Source of the DNA: a virus
Lineage: Duplodnaviria; Heunggongvirae; Uroviricota; Caudoviricetes
Strand: one strand, 5' to 3'
IMG/VR virus record: IMGVR_UViG_3300029305_011318
DNA: 39,063 bases
Part shown: in pieces, positions 10,934-20,987 of the stretch
Layout: every line of letters begins with the position of its first letter
Numbering within the stretch: position 1 is the stretch's first letter
Notes under the pieces: model-generated
What the model was told of the DNA's origin: nothing
Database searches by the model: none
Seen by the model: only the letters and a program-made list of their open reading frames with translations
Translations under genes and position numbers: made by a program

Positions 10934-11371
10934 TTAATATAATATTTTAGTAATTGATACATAATTATAAATTCCTAATGGAAATTCTCTTTTAAAAATT
11001 ACCTCACTAACAATTACTTCTTCAATTATATGCTCTTGATTCTTAACAATTGCGTTTTTGCAATCTAAAGTCATAATTTCTCCAGATTTTTGTGTAAAAA
11101 CTAATTGTTCAACTTTTGATTTATCATCATTAAAGATTGGTTCAATTTTTTCAGATAATACCGTATAACTTTCTAAAATGTTTTCATTTTCGTAAACATA
11201 TGAATAATGACCTATACCATTCAATACCCAAAATACAATAGTAAAGATTAACAAACAACTACCAAGTGCCGTACAGATAATTTTTCCAATTTTAGGCATA
11301 ATGGTAATCCAAATAAATGCAACTAATAAAGTAATAATAATTGTAATAATAGTTAATGTTGTTAAATTCAT
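10934..11371 (-). CDS. Hypothetical membrane protein (2 TM)
   Basis: Two N-terminal hydrophobic helices; RBS AGGAG. Confidence 0.7.
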   Translation of the reverse strand: MNLTTLTIITIIITLLVAFIWITIMPKIGKIICTALGSCLLIFTIVFWVLNGIGHYSYVYENENILESYTVLSEKIEPIFNDDKSKVEQLVFTQKSGEIMTLDCKNAIVKNQEHIIEEVIVSEVIFKREFPLGIYNYVSITKILY

Positions 11372-11380
11372 TTTTATCTC

Positions 11381-12301
11381 CTATCTTCGGTTTATAGTTA
11401 ATGTTTGTAAAGATAAATCAAACATCGCTTGGTCTACTAAATTATTTGTGCTAATATTTTTTACTAAAATAAGTTCTTTTGAAGGTATTAACTCAATATA
11501 AATTTCATTATCTTTTGAAATTAAAGTGCCATCACATATATGGTTCATTAATTTATGTTCTTGTGACGAGGAAATTGATTTTAATTGATTCATCTTATCA
11601 AATTTATGGATAATACTGATATAGATTATCCATATCATTAAAGATAATAAAGACATCCAATATTTTCCAAAAAAGAAAATCAAAAATGTTATCATGATTA
11701 ATAAATTATCGACAAACAAATATAAATTAGAATCTGTAAAAGATTTATAATTATTTTGTGCTGGGTTCGCTATAAAATGTATATCCGGTAAAAATAATGG
11801 TAGCGAAAATATAGAATCATTTTTTTGTGAATGTTTTATTTTTTGTTTGTCTTGATATTGTATAATTTTAGTAATTTGATTTAAAAAATCATCATGAAAT
11901 TTGTTGCCTTTTAATTGATTGCAATTATTACAGGTACATTGTAAATTTGATTCATCATTGGTCCCACCTTTTGATAATGGCACAATATGGTCAATAGTCA
12001 TTTCTGATTCAATATAATAATCACCACAATAAGAACAAAGCCCTTTTTGATTCATATAAATATTATGTTTTGTATTATAACTAATTGGTCTACGTATATT
12101 AGCACCAATAGTTTCATCGTTTTTTATCTCAAGGGGTGTCCAATTTTTTAATTTGCTGGGTGCATTCTGTAAAATATAATTTGCTTTATTAAAAGTTGGA
12201 AAAATAGTTGCCTTGTCTTTACGTGATACTTTTTTAATCCCATTATTTTTATTTAATTGAACAAATAAATTTTGACTTGGATTAATTAATATATATGGCA
12301 T
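11381..12301 (-). CDS. HNH endonuclease domain protein with a C-terminal hydrophobic region
   Basis: CSYCG...TIDHIVPLSKGGTNDESNLQCTCNNCNQLKG; later segment LLIMITFLIFFF...LMIWIIYISII. Confidence 0.8.
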   Translation of the reverse strand: MPYILINPSQNLFVQLNKNNGIKKVSRKDKATIFPTFNKANYILQNAPSKLKNWTPLEIKNDETIGANIRRPISYNTKHNIYMNQKGLCSYCGDYYIESEMTIDHIVPLSKGGTNDESNLQCTCNNCNQLKGNKFHDDFLNQITKIIQYQDKQKIKHSQKNDSIFSLPLFLPDIHFIANPAQNNYKSFTDSNLYLFVDNLLIMITFLIFFFGKYWMSLLSLMIWIIYISIIHKFDKMNQLKSISSSQEHKLMNHICDGTLISKDNEIYIELIPSKELILVKNISTNNLVDQAMFDLSLQTLTINRR

Positions 12302-12345
12302 AAAATCTCCTTTCTTTGTTTGATTATAAAAAATGCTTCTATTTT

Positions 12346-12369
12346 TATATGTTTAAAATTTTATTAAAA
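12346..12369 (-). promoter_or_regulatory. Copy of recurrent 24-bp promoter-like motif
   Basis: Minus strand TTTTAATAAAATTTTAAACATATA upstream of the HNH gene. Confidence 0.5.
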
Positions 12370-12373
12370 CATT

Positions 12374-12405
12374 AAAAAAACGCCCTAAATATTAGAGCGT
12401 TTTTA
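12374..12405. terminator. Intrinsic terminator
   Basis: AAAACGCCCTAA-AT-ATTAGAGCGTTTT hairpin flanked by A/T tracts. Confidence 0.7.
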
Positions 12406-12411
12406 TTATTT

Positions 12412-15400
12412 TTATAATTCATCATAATCTAATTCAAAGTTTCTTGATGAATCATTATTATGCGTTTGATTAATAGCACATAATACATTATTTAAAATTT
12501 CCGGATTGCGAATAATGCTTGCTGCATTTCTATTTTGTTGTACTGCTGCAATCATTTCTTCATCCGTTGGATTTTTTAAGGCACGTAATGCATATCCATT
12601 TTGTTGTACTGCAACCATTCGTAAATTTGGATATTGATATTGGAAATTACGAATTAATAATCCATTTTTTTCAACGGCTGTTTTTACTGCAGAATATGTT
12701 GGGTTGCTAATTTCGTTTATTACGTATGGGTCTGCTTTTACTGCAATTTTTTGAAGGTGTTCACTTGGATTATTCATTAAAGCAATAATGTGTGGGTCTT
12801 TTTTAATTGCTGTTTCTTGTACTCTTTCACTAGCATAAGGAATCATGGTAACAATTTTTGGTGTACTTTTAACAGCAAGTAATTGAACTTCTTCACTGGG
12901 TTGACGTACAAATTTAATTGCATATCCATTTTGTTTGACGGCTTCTTTTATAACCGCTTCAGTAGGATTTTGAATTGCTTCTAACAATAATCCATTTTTA
13001 CGAACTGCTAATAAACAAACTTGTTCACTTGGGTTGGATAATTTGCGAATATAATTTGGGTCTTTTTCAAACAACATTAATTGAACTTCATCACAAGGAT
13101 TTTGAATTAATGCCGCATATGAAGCATCTGCACGAACTGCAATTATTTGTGCTTCCGGAGTGGCATTTTCAATATGTTGAATTACTGCAGGATTCATTCG
13201 TACTGCTTCTAATTGTAATTCCGGTGTGGGATTTTCAATAAATCTTTGTGCAAAATCAATACGTTCTTGAATTGTTTTTTGAAAACAATTTAACATAAAC
13301 GATGTATCTGGTCTTGTTAATACATCCCATCTGGTTGGTTCATCCGGTTGAGAAGTTACATGTACATTTGTTTTTTCGGAAATTAACATTTCTCCATTTG
13401 CTTTAATTGCTCTGGCATCAGAATGATAATCTGTATAGCAATGTCCATTACTTAATGTAGTAGGTAATGTAACTTGATGTGTAATTTGTTTACCCCATCC
13501 ACGCATACCTTGATTATAACCAGTTCCAATATGAATGTTTTGATATGGCATTTCTCTTGCCCATGCTGCAAATAAACTAGTAAATTGAGAAATATCTCTA
13601 TCATTAGCAAATTCTACATTATCAAAAACTAATGTATCGTTTGCTTCATCCGTCCATACAAATCCTTGTGCTAAAATGGCTCCATCTCTTTCGATAACAA
13701 CACAACCGGCAAATGGGTCTGTGGTATATTTCCATACACAAGATTCTCCGGCATTTCCATAATGTTGACAACAATGGGTATCATATCCAACAGTAAAATT
13801 ACGGTAATCATCTTTTTGTAACATATACATTTTCATTTTGCCTTCTCTGGCTTGTATATGTCTGCCACGTATTGCTAATTCATTATTGGAAAAATGATAA
13901 TTATATCTTCTTTCCATTAATAAACTCTGAGATTTTCCATAAGCATTATCTAAATTAAATACAATATCTTTAGCAGATTTATTCATATCAAACTTATCAA
14001 TATCATTAATTCTATTTAATAAATCTACTAATTCAGACGTTGGTGTATCTTTATTTTTATTATACCATTCTACAAAGCCTTTTTGGATTAATGGACAAAT
14101 TTGAGAAGGTTTAACATAAGTTCCAATAACAACTGCATGTTCTGCACGGATTTCTGCAAAATTTAATTTATCAGATAATGCAAATAATACTGGTGATTTA
14201 TATTTGGCAATTTTAGATACTGATGTTTGTGAAAAATTAGTGGCTATTGTTCTAATTTGATTATTAGTTAACTGACTAACATCTTTTCCTAATGTAAGTG
14301 CTTGTGCTGCCATATATTCGGATAATACTCTTGGGGCGTGACCATGATATAATTCTTTAAAAACTTCTTCTGCCTTTGTAATTACCGGAAACTCATATAT
14401 TGGTAATTTAGATTGAATAAAATTTTCTAAATCTTCATCATGATAGCCATCTGGATATTGTGTTATAAATTCTGTAAATAAATTATTAGCAAATTCTTGA
14501 TAAATTGTATGGGATATATCTAATAAAGATGTATCATTTTTGATACCATCAATAATAAAATCTGGAAAAATGCAATTATCTAATAACTTTAACGCAAATA
14601 ATGTTTGAATTGTTTGTTGTTGTTCAGAATAAATCCGTGTTATTATATCTTCTGACATTTCTTCAGTAATGATTTTGCTATATATTTGTTGAATTCTACC
14701 AATTGACATATTTGCGGTAATTGATAAATCTGATATAAATTGTGATTGAACATTTAATGCTAAATTATTGCGTAAATTATTTATATATTGAGAAAGATAA
14801 GATGTCGTTATTTGATTATATAAACAATATCCATAAAAATTTATTTGTGATGGCAAATAATTAATATTAATATATGAATTTTCTCTTTTTACTAATGATA
14901 ATATAAATTTTCCATATTGAGAAGATAATGGATATTTACTAATAGATGATAAAATTTTTGATATATCAAAAGAATTTTTAACAATATCATGCGCCATATA
15001 TTCATCATTTACTGTTAACAATCTATTATTATCATTTTTTTTCAGTTTTTTTGCTGTATATAAAAGTGTCATTGGATGAACGCCACTTTCATTTATAATA
15101 CGTTGTTCATATGGATTTAATTTATCATAAATTTCAATTTCTGCTAAATTAGGAAGTCGATTAACATTATCTAAATCCATATAACCCCAATATAATCTAT
15201 CTCCTAAGTGAGATAATCTTTGTAATTCCGTAATATCTTTATCCGGTAAATCTTTAATATTTGGATTAATATTTAAACAACAAGATAATTGTAATTGAAG
15301 CATATCTTTTGTAATGTCTGTACGTTTAAATGGATAGGATTTCCAAGGATGATTAAATTGAAAAGCTTCAAAAGCTTCTAAAATCCGAGGTCTGTTTTCT

Positions 15401-15687
15401 AAAGCATTTTCATAATCTTCTTCCATATCTTGTCTATCATCTTCATCTAATATAAGAGCTAATTTACCATTGTCGTCATCATAATCCCAATCATCTTGTG
15501 CTTGTGTTACAACATTTCCTTCACCTGTAATATATGCATAAACAGTTAATTCATCATCTGTAATTTCTTCATTATTACGTAATTTGCTTAATAATTCAAT
15601 GGGTGTTAATAAACTTCTAATTTCAATAACCATTTCATCTTCGCGCATATATCTGGATGGCATTTCTTTATTATTATAAATAATCAT
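12412..15687 (-). CDS. Large hypothetical protein with a central Cys/His-containing globular domain and C-terminal ~22-aa helical repeats (DUF4116-like)
   Basis: Repeats of type P.EE.QL.AV.QNG.AI..I.N; central HCCQHYGNAGESC...LAQGFVW...LVFDNVE. Confidence 0.75.
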   Translation of the reverse strand: MIIYNNKEMPSRYMREDEMVIEIRSLLTPIELLSKLRNNEEITDDELTVYAYITGEGNVVTQAQDDWDYDDDNGKLALILDEDDRQDMEEDYENALENRPRILEAFEAFQFNHPWKSYPFKRTDITKDMLQLQLSCCLNINPNIKDLPDKDITELQRLSHLGDRLYWGYMDLDNVNRLPNLAEIEIYDKLNPYEQRIINESGVHPMTLLYTAKKLKKNDNNRLLTVNDEYMAHDIVKNSFDISKILSSISKYPLSSQYGKFILSLVKRENSYININYLPSQINFYGYCLYNQITTSYLSQYINNLRNNLALNVQSQFISDLSITANMSIGRIQQIYSKIITEEMSEDIITRIYSEQQQTIQTLFALKLLDNCIFPDFIIDGIKNDTSLLDISHTIYQEFANNLFTEFITQYPDGYHDEDLENFIQSKLPIYEFPVITKAEEVFKELYHGHAPRVLSEYMAAQALTLGKDVSQLTNNQIRTIATNFSQTSVSKIAKYKSPVLFALSDKLNFAEIRAEHAVVIGTYVKPSQICPLIQKGFVEWYNKNKDTPTSELVDLLNRINDIDKFDMNKSAKDIVFNLDNAYGKSQSLLMERRYNYHFSNNELAIRGRHIQAREGKMKMYMLQKDDYRNFTVGYDTHCCQHYGNAGESCVWKYTTDPFAGCVVIERDGAILAQGFVWTDEANDTLVFDNVEFANDRDISQFTSLFAAWAREMPYQNIHIGTGYNQGMRGWGKQITHQVTLPTTLSNGHCYTDYHSDARAIKANGEMLISEKTNVHVTSQPDEPTRWDVLTRPDTSFMLNCFQKTIQERIDFAQRFIENPTPELQLEAVRMNPAVIQHIENATPEAQIIAVRADASYAALIQNPCDEVQLMLFEKDPNYIRKLSNPSEQVCLLAVRKNGLLLEAIQNPTEAVIKEAVKQNGYAIKFVRQPSEEVQLLAVKSTPKIVTMIPYASERVQETAIKKDPHIIALMNNPSEHLQKIAVKADPYVINEISNPTYSAVKTAVEKNGLLIRNFQYQYPNLRMVAVQQNGYALRALKNPTDEEMIAAVQQNRNAASIIRNPEILNNVLCAINQTHNNDSSRNFELDYDEL

Positions 15688-15775
15688 AAATAATATCCTC
15701 TCTTATTAAAAGTGGGGAAGATGTCTAACATTTATACTATAAACATAGACATCTTATCCCTATTTTATATGGTTG

Positions 15776-18670
15776 TTATGCAAATTCAATTTCTGCATCT
15801 TCAAACTCTGTTATGTGTTGTGTAATTAGCTCTTGCGTTTGTGTTGATTGAAATTGTTCTTCTTTGTTATCTTTATGATGTACGCGATAAACATCACGTA
15901 CATCATGTCCTTTTGGTTTTGCGTTAGGGTCGGTTTGTATTTTTTCTTCTAATTTTGCTCTAATTTTATTTAAATTAGGGGCTAATTTAGAAATACTATT
16001 TTCTAAAGATTCTTGTTTTTCTCGTTCTTTCGTTTCCCAATACATTCCGGATGCATAACCATACGCTTTTCCTAATAAATCATAGGCTTGTTTTACATAA
16101 TCATTTAATACTAAATCTCTTTGTGTGAATTTAACTACATATTCACCAGTCATTACTAATTTTTCCCTGGCTCTTGTCGCTCCAACAAACCATTTTCGAT
16201 TTGTTTCTTCTTTACTGGAATTGGTTCTAAAACGATTAGCTAATGTATGATATTTTTCATTATCAAATTTTGACAAAGATAAATATGTAACATCCCATTC
16301 CAAACCTTTTGCAGAGTGCACTGTTGTTAAACATACGCCTTCATATTTTCCTTCACGTTTAAATCTGGAATCATTGCCGTATAATTTAAAATCACGGAAA
16401 AATTCACTTAATTCCATTGTATTTTGACAAGCCTCTACTTTTTCCATAAAAGATTGGTAACATTCATCTAATTTTTCTTCATCTAACGCTCTCGCATATT
16501 CTAAAAAACGATTTAATGTAATATCACCATTATGGATTTCTTCAGAAAATTCTTCTGCAAGGGCTTCCATTTCTTGTGCATTAGCGCCTTTAAGTGCTCC
16601 ATGCATTAATACATTTTTATAATCTAATAAACCTCTGGTGCTACCTTCAAAAAAACTTTCATAAAATGTTGTTAATGCCGCCACTCTGGAGTTTTGATTA
16701 TATGGAACAGGATTCATTAAGATAGATGGAACTCCTGCTTCTGTTAAAATAGATGCCATTTTAGTAAGTTCTGTTCTATCACTTGCTAAAAATGCAATAT
16801 CAGAAGGATTTTTTCCGTTTTCAATATCTTCAATAATTTGTTTTGCTACCCATTCATATTCTGATTTTTGTGAGTAAAAACCATTAATTTGTGGTCCGAT
16901 ACCATCCGCTTTTGTTGCAATCAAATCTTTTTCAACACGATTTTCATTTAAAGCATTAACTTTATTGGCAAAATCAATAATATCACCTGCACTTCTATGA
17001 TTTTCTACTAAATTAAAATCATCAAAACGACCAAAATATTCATCAAAATGAATCATATATTCTGGTGATGTGTGTCTAAAGGCAAATATAGATTGACTAT
17101 CATCTCCAACGGCCATAAAAGATTTAAAAGATGTTGTATCCATAATTTGATTTAATAACCGGATTTGTGGTAAATCAGTATCTTGAAATTCGTCAACAAT
17201 AATATGTTTATAGCCGATTTCTTCAAATAAAGTTGGATGGACCTTTAATAATTCAAATACTTTTATTAATTGGTCATCATATTCAACCATATTTCGCATT
17301 TTTAATGTGAATTCAAATTCATTATACATTTGGAAAATAAGGTCTAATGAAACTGGTGAATATTGATGTTCATATGGATTATTTTCTCTTGTATAACCTT
17401 CTTTTTTTATTTCCGCAAATAAATATTTAGCTGCATTTAATGCTGTTTTTGCCCATGCATTATATTTTCCTGCTGATGAATTAGAGTAATTCCATTCTTC
17501 AATTCTTGGATATTGGTCTAAAATTCGATTAATAATGCCAGAACGTGATTCTTCCGGTAATACTCTTGGAGGTGCACTATAGCCTAATTCTTCATAATGA
17601 ACATTTAAAATATTTTGACAAAAAGCATTAAATGTTGTCGAAGTTAATTTTCCTGGGTCTACTTCAATTCCATATCCGGAACAATATTGAACAACTCTGG
17701 CTGTCATTTCTTCTGCTCCGGCATTTGTAAATGTTAATAAACAAATATCTTCTGGTTGATACCCTTTTTTTAATAATTCAACAATACGCATTGCAACAAC
17801 TAAAGTTTTTCCTGCACCTGCCCCGGCATTAATACGTGCTACACCTTGTTCATAATCAATAACTCTTTGTTGTGCATTAGTTAAACGAATTTCAGAAATT
17901 GGTTTAACTTCTTTCATTACGTCTATACTAATTGGTGGTTCTTCAAAATGACAAATATTATTCATGGAGCATCCGGCACAATCATCTGGTCCACAACCAC
18001 TTCCTAATTCAAGTTCTTGACTATGTTTTTGTTGGAAATATTGTTCTGCCGCTTCATCAAATAATAATTCTTGTGTTTTATTAACATCTTCATATGGTTT
18101 CGTCATTGCCATACGTTCTGTTTTTCCATCAATATCACCTAAATGATTAAATTCAACAATAATACGGTCATTAGGGAATAATTTCTTTCCTAATAATCCC
18201 AATGCATAAGATTCGTATTTTTGTATGTCTTCTGATTTGTTTTTGGGAACTCTAGATGTTTTGATTTTAACAACTCTTGTAATTCCATTTTCTCGTACAA
18301 AATAATCTGGTTGTGCTTTAATTATTTCACCAAAGAAATCAACCGTTTTATCCATATTATCTGGAAAAATTAATTGAACACCTTCTTGTGACATTCTGCA
18401 TCGTTCAAAGTCTAAATAACGATTAATACGATTTTTATAAATAAATAAATTTTGACGTTTTTGAACGTTATTTTCGAAGGTACATTTTTTACTAATTAGT
18501 AAATTGTCAATTTCTCCTTGAATATCTTCAATTGGTTCTTCTCTTAACATTCTTAAAAGAACATTTTTTTGTGCTAATGCTCTTGTAATATGGTCGGAAG
18601 ATTGAGTGATATTTGCACGAGGATGAAATTCACATTGTTCCACTTTTGTTAATTGACTTGATGTTCTCAT
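15776..18670 (-). CDS. UvrD/PcrA-family SF1A helicase with an N-terminal Cas4/AddB-like (PD-(D/E)XK, Cys-cluster) domain
   Basis: AGAGAGKT, LLTFTN, VDEFQDT, VGDDSQSIFAFR, NHRS, TVHSAKGLEW and VGATRARE motifs. Start placed at MRTSS (RBS AGAAAGG). Confidence 0.88.
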   Translation of the reverse strand: MRTSSQLTKVEQCEFHPRANITQSSDHITRALAQKNVLLRMLREEPIEDIQGEIDNLLISKKCTFENNVQKRQNLFIYKNRINRYLDFERCRMSQEGVQLIFPDNMDKTVDFFGEIIKAQPDYFVRENGITRVVKIKTSRVPKNKSEDIQKYESYALGLLGKKLFPNDRIIVEFNHLGDIDGKTERMAMTKPYEDVNKTQELLFDEAAEQYFQQKHSQELELGSGCGPDDCAGCSMNNICHFEEPPISIDVMKEVKPISEIRLTNAQQRVIDYEQGVARINAGAGAGKTLVVAMRIVELLKKGYQPEDICLLTFTNAGAEEMTARVVQYCSGYGIEVDPGKLTSTTFNAFCQNILNVHYEELGYSAPPRVLPEESRSGIINRILDQYPRIEEWNYSNSSAGKYNAWAKTALNAAKYLFAEIKKEGYTRENNPYEHQYSPVSLDLIFQMYNEFEFTLKMRNMVEYDDQLIKVFELLKVHPTLFEEIGYKHIIVDEFQDTDLPQIRLLNQIMDTTSFKSFMAVGDDSQSIFAFRHTSPEYMIHFDEYFGRFDDFNLVENHRSAGDIIDFANKVNALNENRVEKDLIATKADGIGPQINGFYSQKSEYEWVAKQIIEDIENGKNPSDIAFLASDRTELTKMASILTEAGVPSILMNPVPYNQNSRVAALTTFYESFFEGSTRGLLDYKNVLMHGALKGANAQEMEALAEEFSEEIHNGDITLNRFLEYARALDEEKLDECYQSFMEKVEACQNTMELSEFFRDFKLYGNDSRFKREGKYEGVCLTTVHSAKGLEWDVTYLSLSKFDNEKYHTLANRFRTNSSKEETNRKWFVGATRAREKLVMTGEYVVKFTQRDLVLNDYVKQAYDLLGKAYGYASGMYWETKEREKQESLENSISKLAPNLNKIRAKLEEKIQTDPNAKPKGHDVRDVYRVHHKDNKEEQFQSTQTQELITQHITEFEDAEIEFA

Positions 18671-18786
18671 GAATATACCCTTTCTAAAATATTTCTTGAA
18701 TAAAGTCTTCATATATATTTGTGAAAAATAATTTCAAAAATAGGTAAATAAAAAAACCAATCTTTTTTTAGATTGGCTTTTGATTT

Positions 18787-19152
18787 TTATGGTCGTGTAT
18801 ATTTTTGTTCATTAAATAACTCATAATAATTTGGTTGCATAGAATTAAACATTTTTTCCATAAACTCTTCTACTTCTTCCAATGTCCAATCGGAAAAAAA
18901 ATTTAAATTTATAGATTTGGCTTTTTCAAACATTGTAAGATGTACTTCATAATAATAAGAAATTGGTTCCCAAAAATTGTCTTGATTTGAAGGCGTAATA
19001 GGTTCATTTTCCCATTTGATAACATTAATAAAATATTTTTTACCATCATTATCTGTAAAAAATTTTTGAAAACGTGCTAAAACATTTGGTAAATCTAATA
19101 ATGCTGGAGAATGTTTTTTATATCCATGTTTAATTAAATATTCATCTGTCAT
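18787..19152 (-). CDS. Hypothetical protein
   Basis: 121-aa ORF with RBS AAAGGA in the operon orientation. Confidence 0.7.
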   Translation of the reverse strand: MTDEYLIKHGYKKHSPALLDLPNVLARFQKFFTDNDGKKYFINVIKWENEPITPSNQDNFWEPISYYYEVHLTMFEKAKSINLNFFSDWTLEEVEEFMEKMFNSMQPNYYELFNEQKYTRP

Positions 19153-19168
19153 ATTATATATCCTTTGT

Positions 19169-19714
19169 TTATGATGCTATTTGTTTTGCATTATTACAAT
19201 ACATGGTTGTTTTTGTAACTTTACTATATCCGGAACCATATGTGTTTTGAAATTTTTCAAAATTTTTGTTGGTCAAAAATACGTAGGGCATATTATTTAA
19301 TGGTGTTTGAAATTCATTATAGGATTTAATATGTAATGTAATATTTTTTCCACCATCTATATTTAATTCTGTATATGGTGTACCATTAGATGTATATCTT
19401 GTTTTCGTGTTTTTAATTTTTTCTTGCGGAATCACGATTCCGGCTAATAATTTATTATCATAAGGCATTTGATATACTTTTATTTTATTATATGCTAACA
19501 ATGATTCCATAATATATACTTCAAAATTATCATTCTCTAATTGTTTGCCTAAAATAATAACATCATTATATTCTGTTTCAATAACATTACCTAATAAATG
19601 TAATTTTTTGCGAACCAAACCACCATTTTGTGATGTAGTATAACTTACATCAGTTGGAGATACTAATCGTCCTACAATAATTCCGTATCCATCTGAAAAT
19701 AAACTTGCTTTCAT
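19169..19714 (-). CDS. Hypothetical protein (possible OB-fold/SSB-like N-terminus)
   Basis: RBS AGAAAGGA; IIVGRLVSPTDVSYT loosely resembles SSB beta-1. Confidence 0.6.
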   Translation of the reverse strand: MKASLFSDGYGIIVGRLVSPTDVSYTTSQNGGLVRKKLHLLGNVIETEYNDVIILGKQLENDNFEVYIMESLLAYNKIKVYQMPYDNKLLAGIVIPQEKIKNTKTRYTSNGTPYTELNIDGGKNITLHIKSYNEFQTPLNNMPYVFLTNKNFEKFQNTYGSGYSKVTKTTMYCNNAKQIAS

Positions 19715-19766
19715 TTATATATTATCCTTTCTAAAAATATAGAAGTAAAAATACAATCTTTATTTT

Positions 19767-19790
19767 TATATGGGTAAAGTTTTCTCAAAA
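19767..19790 (-). promoter_or_regulatory. Copy of recurrent 24-bp promoter-like motif
   Basis: Minus strand TTTTGAGAAAACTTTACCCATATA. Confidence 0.65.
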
Positions 19791-19841
19791 CATAGTTTAT
19801 TCCCTATGTAACGGAATATATATTTTTATTACTATTTTAAA

Positions 19842-19915
19842 ATACATCTAAGGGGAGTCGAACCCCTATTTTAAAGTTCGTAGCTTTAACGTTTATCCAT
19901 TAGCTTATAGATGTA
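19842..19915 (-). tRNA. tRNA-Arg(ACG)
   Basis: Cloverleaf; acceptor TACATCT/AGATGTA; anticodon loop CT-ACG-AA. Confidence 0.85.
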
Positions 19916-19918
19916 TAA

Positions 19919-19991
19919 CTAGCGGTATAGGATTTGAACCTATATTGTCGGAGTCAAAGTCCGATGTCATAACCAATTAGACCAACTGCCA
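19919..19991 (-). tRNA. tRNA-Gln(TTG)
   Basis: TCGGA-CT TTG AC-TCCGA; T-arm ATAGG-TTCAAAT-CCTAT. Confidence 0.88.
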
Positions 19992-19998
19992 ATATAAA

Positions 19999-20087
19999 CG
20001 CCGTACCTGGGATTCGAACCCAGAAACCAAATGAATGATTACCGGTTTAGCAAACCGGAGGGGTGCCAATTACCTTTATAATACGGC
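19999..20087 (-). tRNA. tRNA-Ser(GCT)
   Basis: CCGGT-TT GCT AA-ACCGG; long variable arm. Confidence 0.8.
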
Positions 20088-20092
20088 ATGAG

Positions 20093-20165
20093 AGACTCCG
20101 GTGGGATTTGAACCCACGAAAAACAGTTTTGCAGACTGTTGCCTTAACCATTGGGCTACGAAGTC
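20093..20165 (-). tRNA. tRNA-Cys(GCA)
   Basis: ACAGT-CT GCA AA-ACTGT; discriminator U. Confidence 0.9.
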
Positions 20166-20169
20166 CTAA

Positions 20170-20241
20170 TATCCCCAGAACGATTTGAACGTTCAAATGC
20201 GGGGTAGAAACCCGGTGTTTTATCCATTAGACTATGGGGAC
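20170..20241 (-). tRNA. tRNA-Arg(TCT)
   Basis: Acceptor GTCCCCA/TGGGGAT; anticodon loop TT-TCT-AC. Confidence 0.85.
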
Positions 20242-20247
20242 ATAAAA

Positions 20248-20318
20248 CAGAAAATGTAGGAGTCGAACCCACGCTTTTGGTTTTGGAGACCAACGTGCTA
20301 CCATTACACCAATCATCT
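20248..20318 (-). tRNA. tRNA-Trp(CCA)
   Basis: TTGGT-CT CCA AA-ACCAA. Confidence 0.85.
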
Positions 20319-20480
20319 ATGTGCAATTCCTTAATTAAATTAAAATATGTCTAGCGAAGTAAAGGTCCGTTTCGTAAATCAGCATTGTACACTACTGACT
20401 CCATATTTTTTCATTAAGACATTGTTATTCTTTGTGAGGATTCTGCCACTCTCACATCAGTTAGGAGCGACCTAACAATA

Positions 20481-20569
20481 CGCTATCTTAGGGATTTGAA
20501 CCCCAACTGCGATTCAAGCCGCAGACTACGGTTTTCAAGACCGATGCAATACCATTCTGCCAAGATAGC
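20481..20569 (-). tRNA. tRNA-Ser(TGA)
   Basis: Loop CT-TGA-AA; long variable arm; discriminator G. Confidence 0.88.
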
Positions 20570-20575
20570 TTATAG

Positions 20576-20647
20576 TCCGAATGATAGGATTTGAACCTAT
20601 GACTCTCGGTATATCAGACCGATGCTCTACCACTGAACTACATTCGG
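20576..20647 (-). tRNA. tRNA-Ile(GAT)
   Basis: TCGGT-CT GAT AT-ACCGA; acceptor CCGAATG/CATTCGG. Confidence 0.9.
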
Positions 20648-20652
20648 ATAAT

Positions 20653-20695
20653 AAAAAAAGAGATAATTTATCAAACTTATGATAAATTATCTCTT
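20653..20695 (-). terminator. Terminator/attenuator hairpin directly upstream of tRNA cluster A
   Basis: Perfect 16-bp stem AAGAGATAATTTATCA/TGATAAATTATCTCTT followed by a U-run. Confidence 0.85.
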
Positions 20696-20763
20696 ATAAA
20701 AGAAAGAAAAGCTGAAAAAATGTAAAGTTGGAGATAGTTACATAATTATTTAAAGCATTGTAA

Positions 20764-20871
20764 TTAATCATAAGAAAAATATTTAATTGCAGAACAAATA
20801 GAACTACATGACTGTTGCCATCTAATTTGCGAACAACTTTGTGCAATTCGAATTCGTTTGAAATTAAACAT
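20764..20871 (-). CDS. Leader micro-ORF A (35 aa) MFNFKRIRIAQSCSQIRWQQSCSSICSAIKYFSYD
   Basis: RBS AAGGAG 8 nt before the ATG. It contains codons read by all 8 tRNAs of the downstream cluster. Confidence 0.75.
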   Translation of the reverse strand: MFNFKRIRIAQSCSQIRWQQSCSSICSAIKYFSYD

Positions 20872-20987
20872 ATCGCTTTCTCCTTATAATTTTTGTTAAA
20901 TGCCTGGGCATAATAACTATGCCCAAACATCTGACAAACAACGCAACGTATTTCCCAAAAGAGTTATAGCACATAACTCTCTATCTT

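Noticed and set aside
20360-20410. Resemblance of ATATGGAGTCAGTAGTG to the c-di-GMP-II riboswitch
   Set aside because: The 5' kink-turn strand and pseudoknot partner are not found, and the segment lies between tRNAs rather than in a 5' UTR.
20694-20930. 78-aa ORF from the track
   Set aside because: It has no RBS and overlaps the better-supported 35-aa leader (20764-20871) in another frame.
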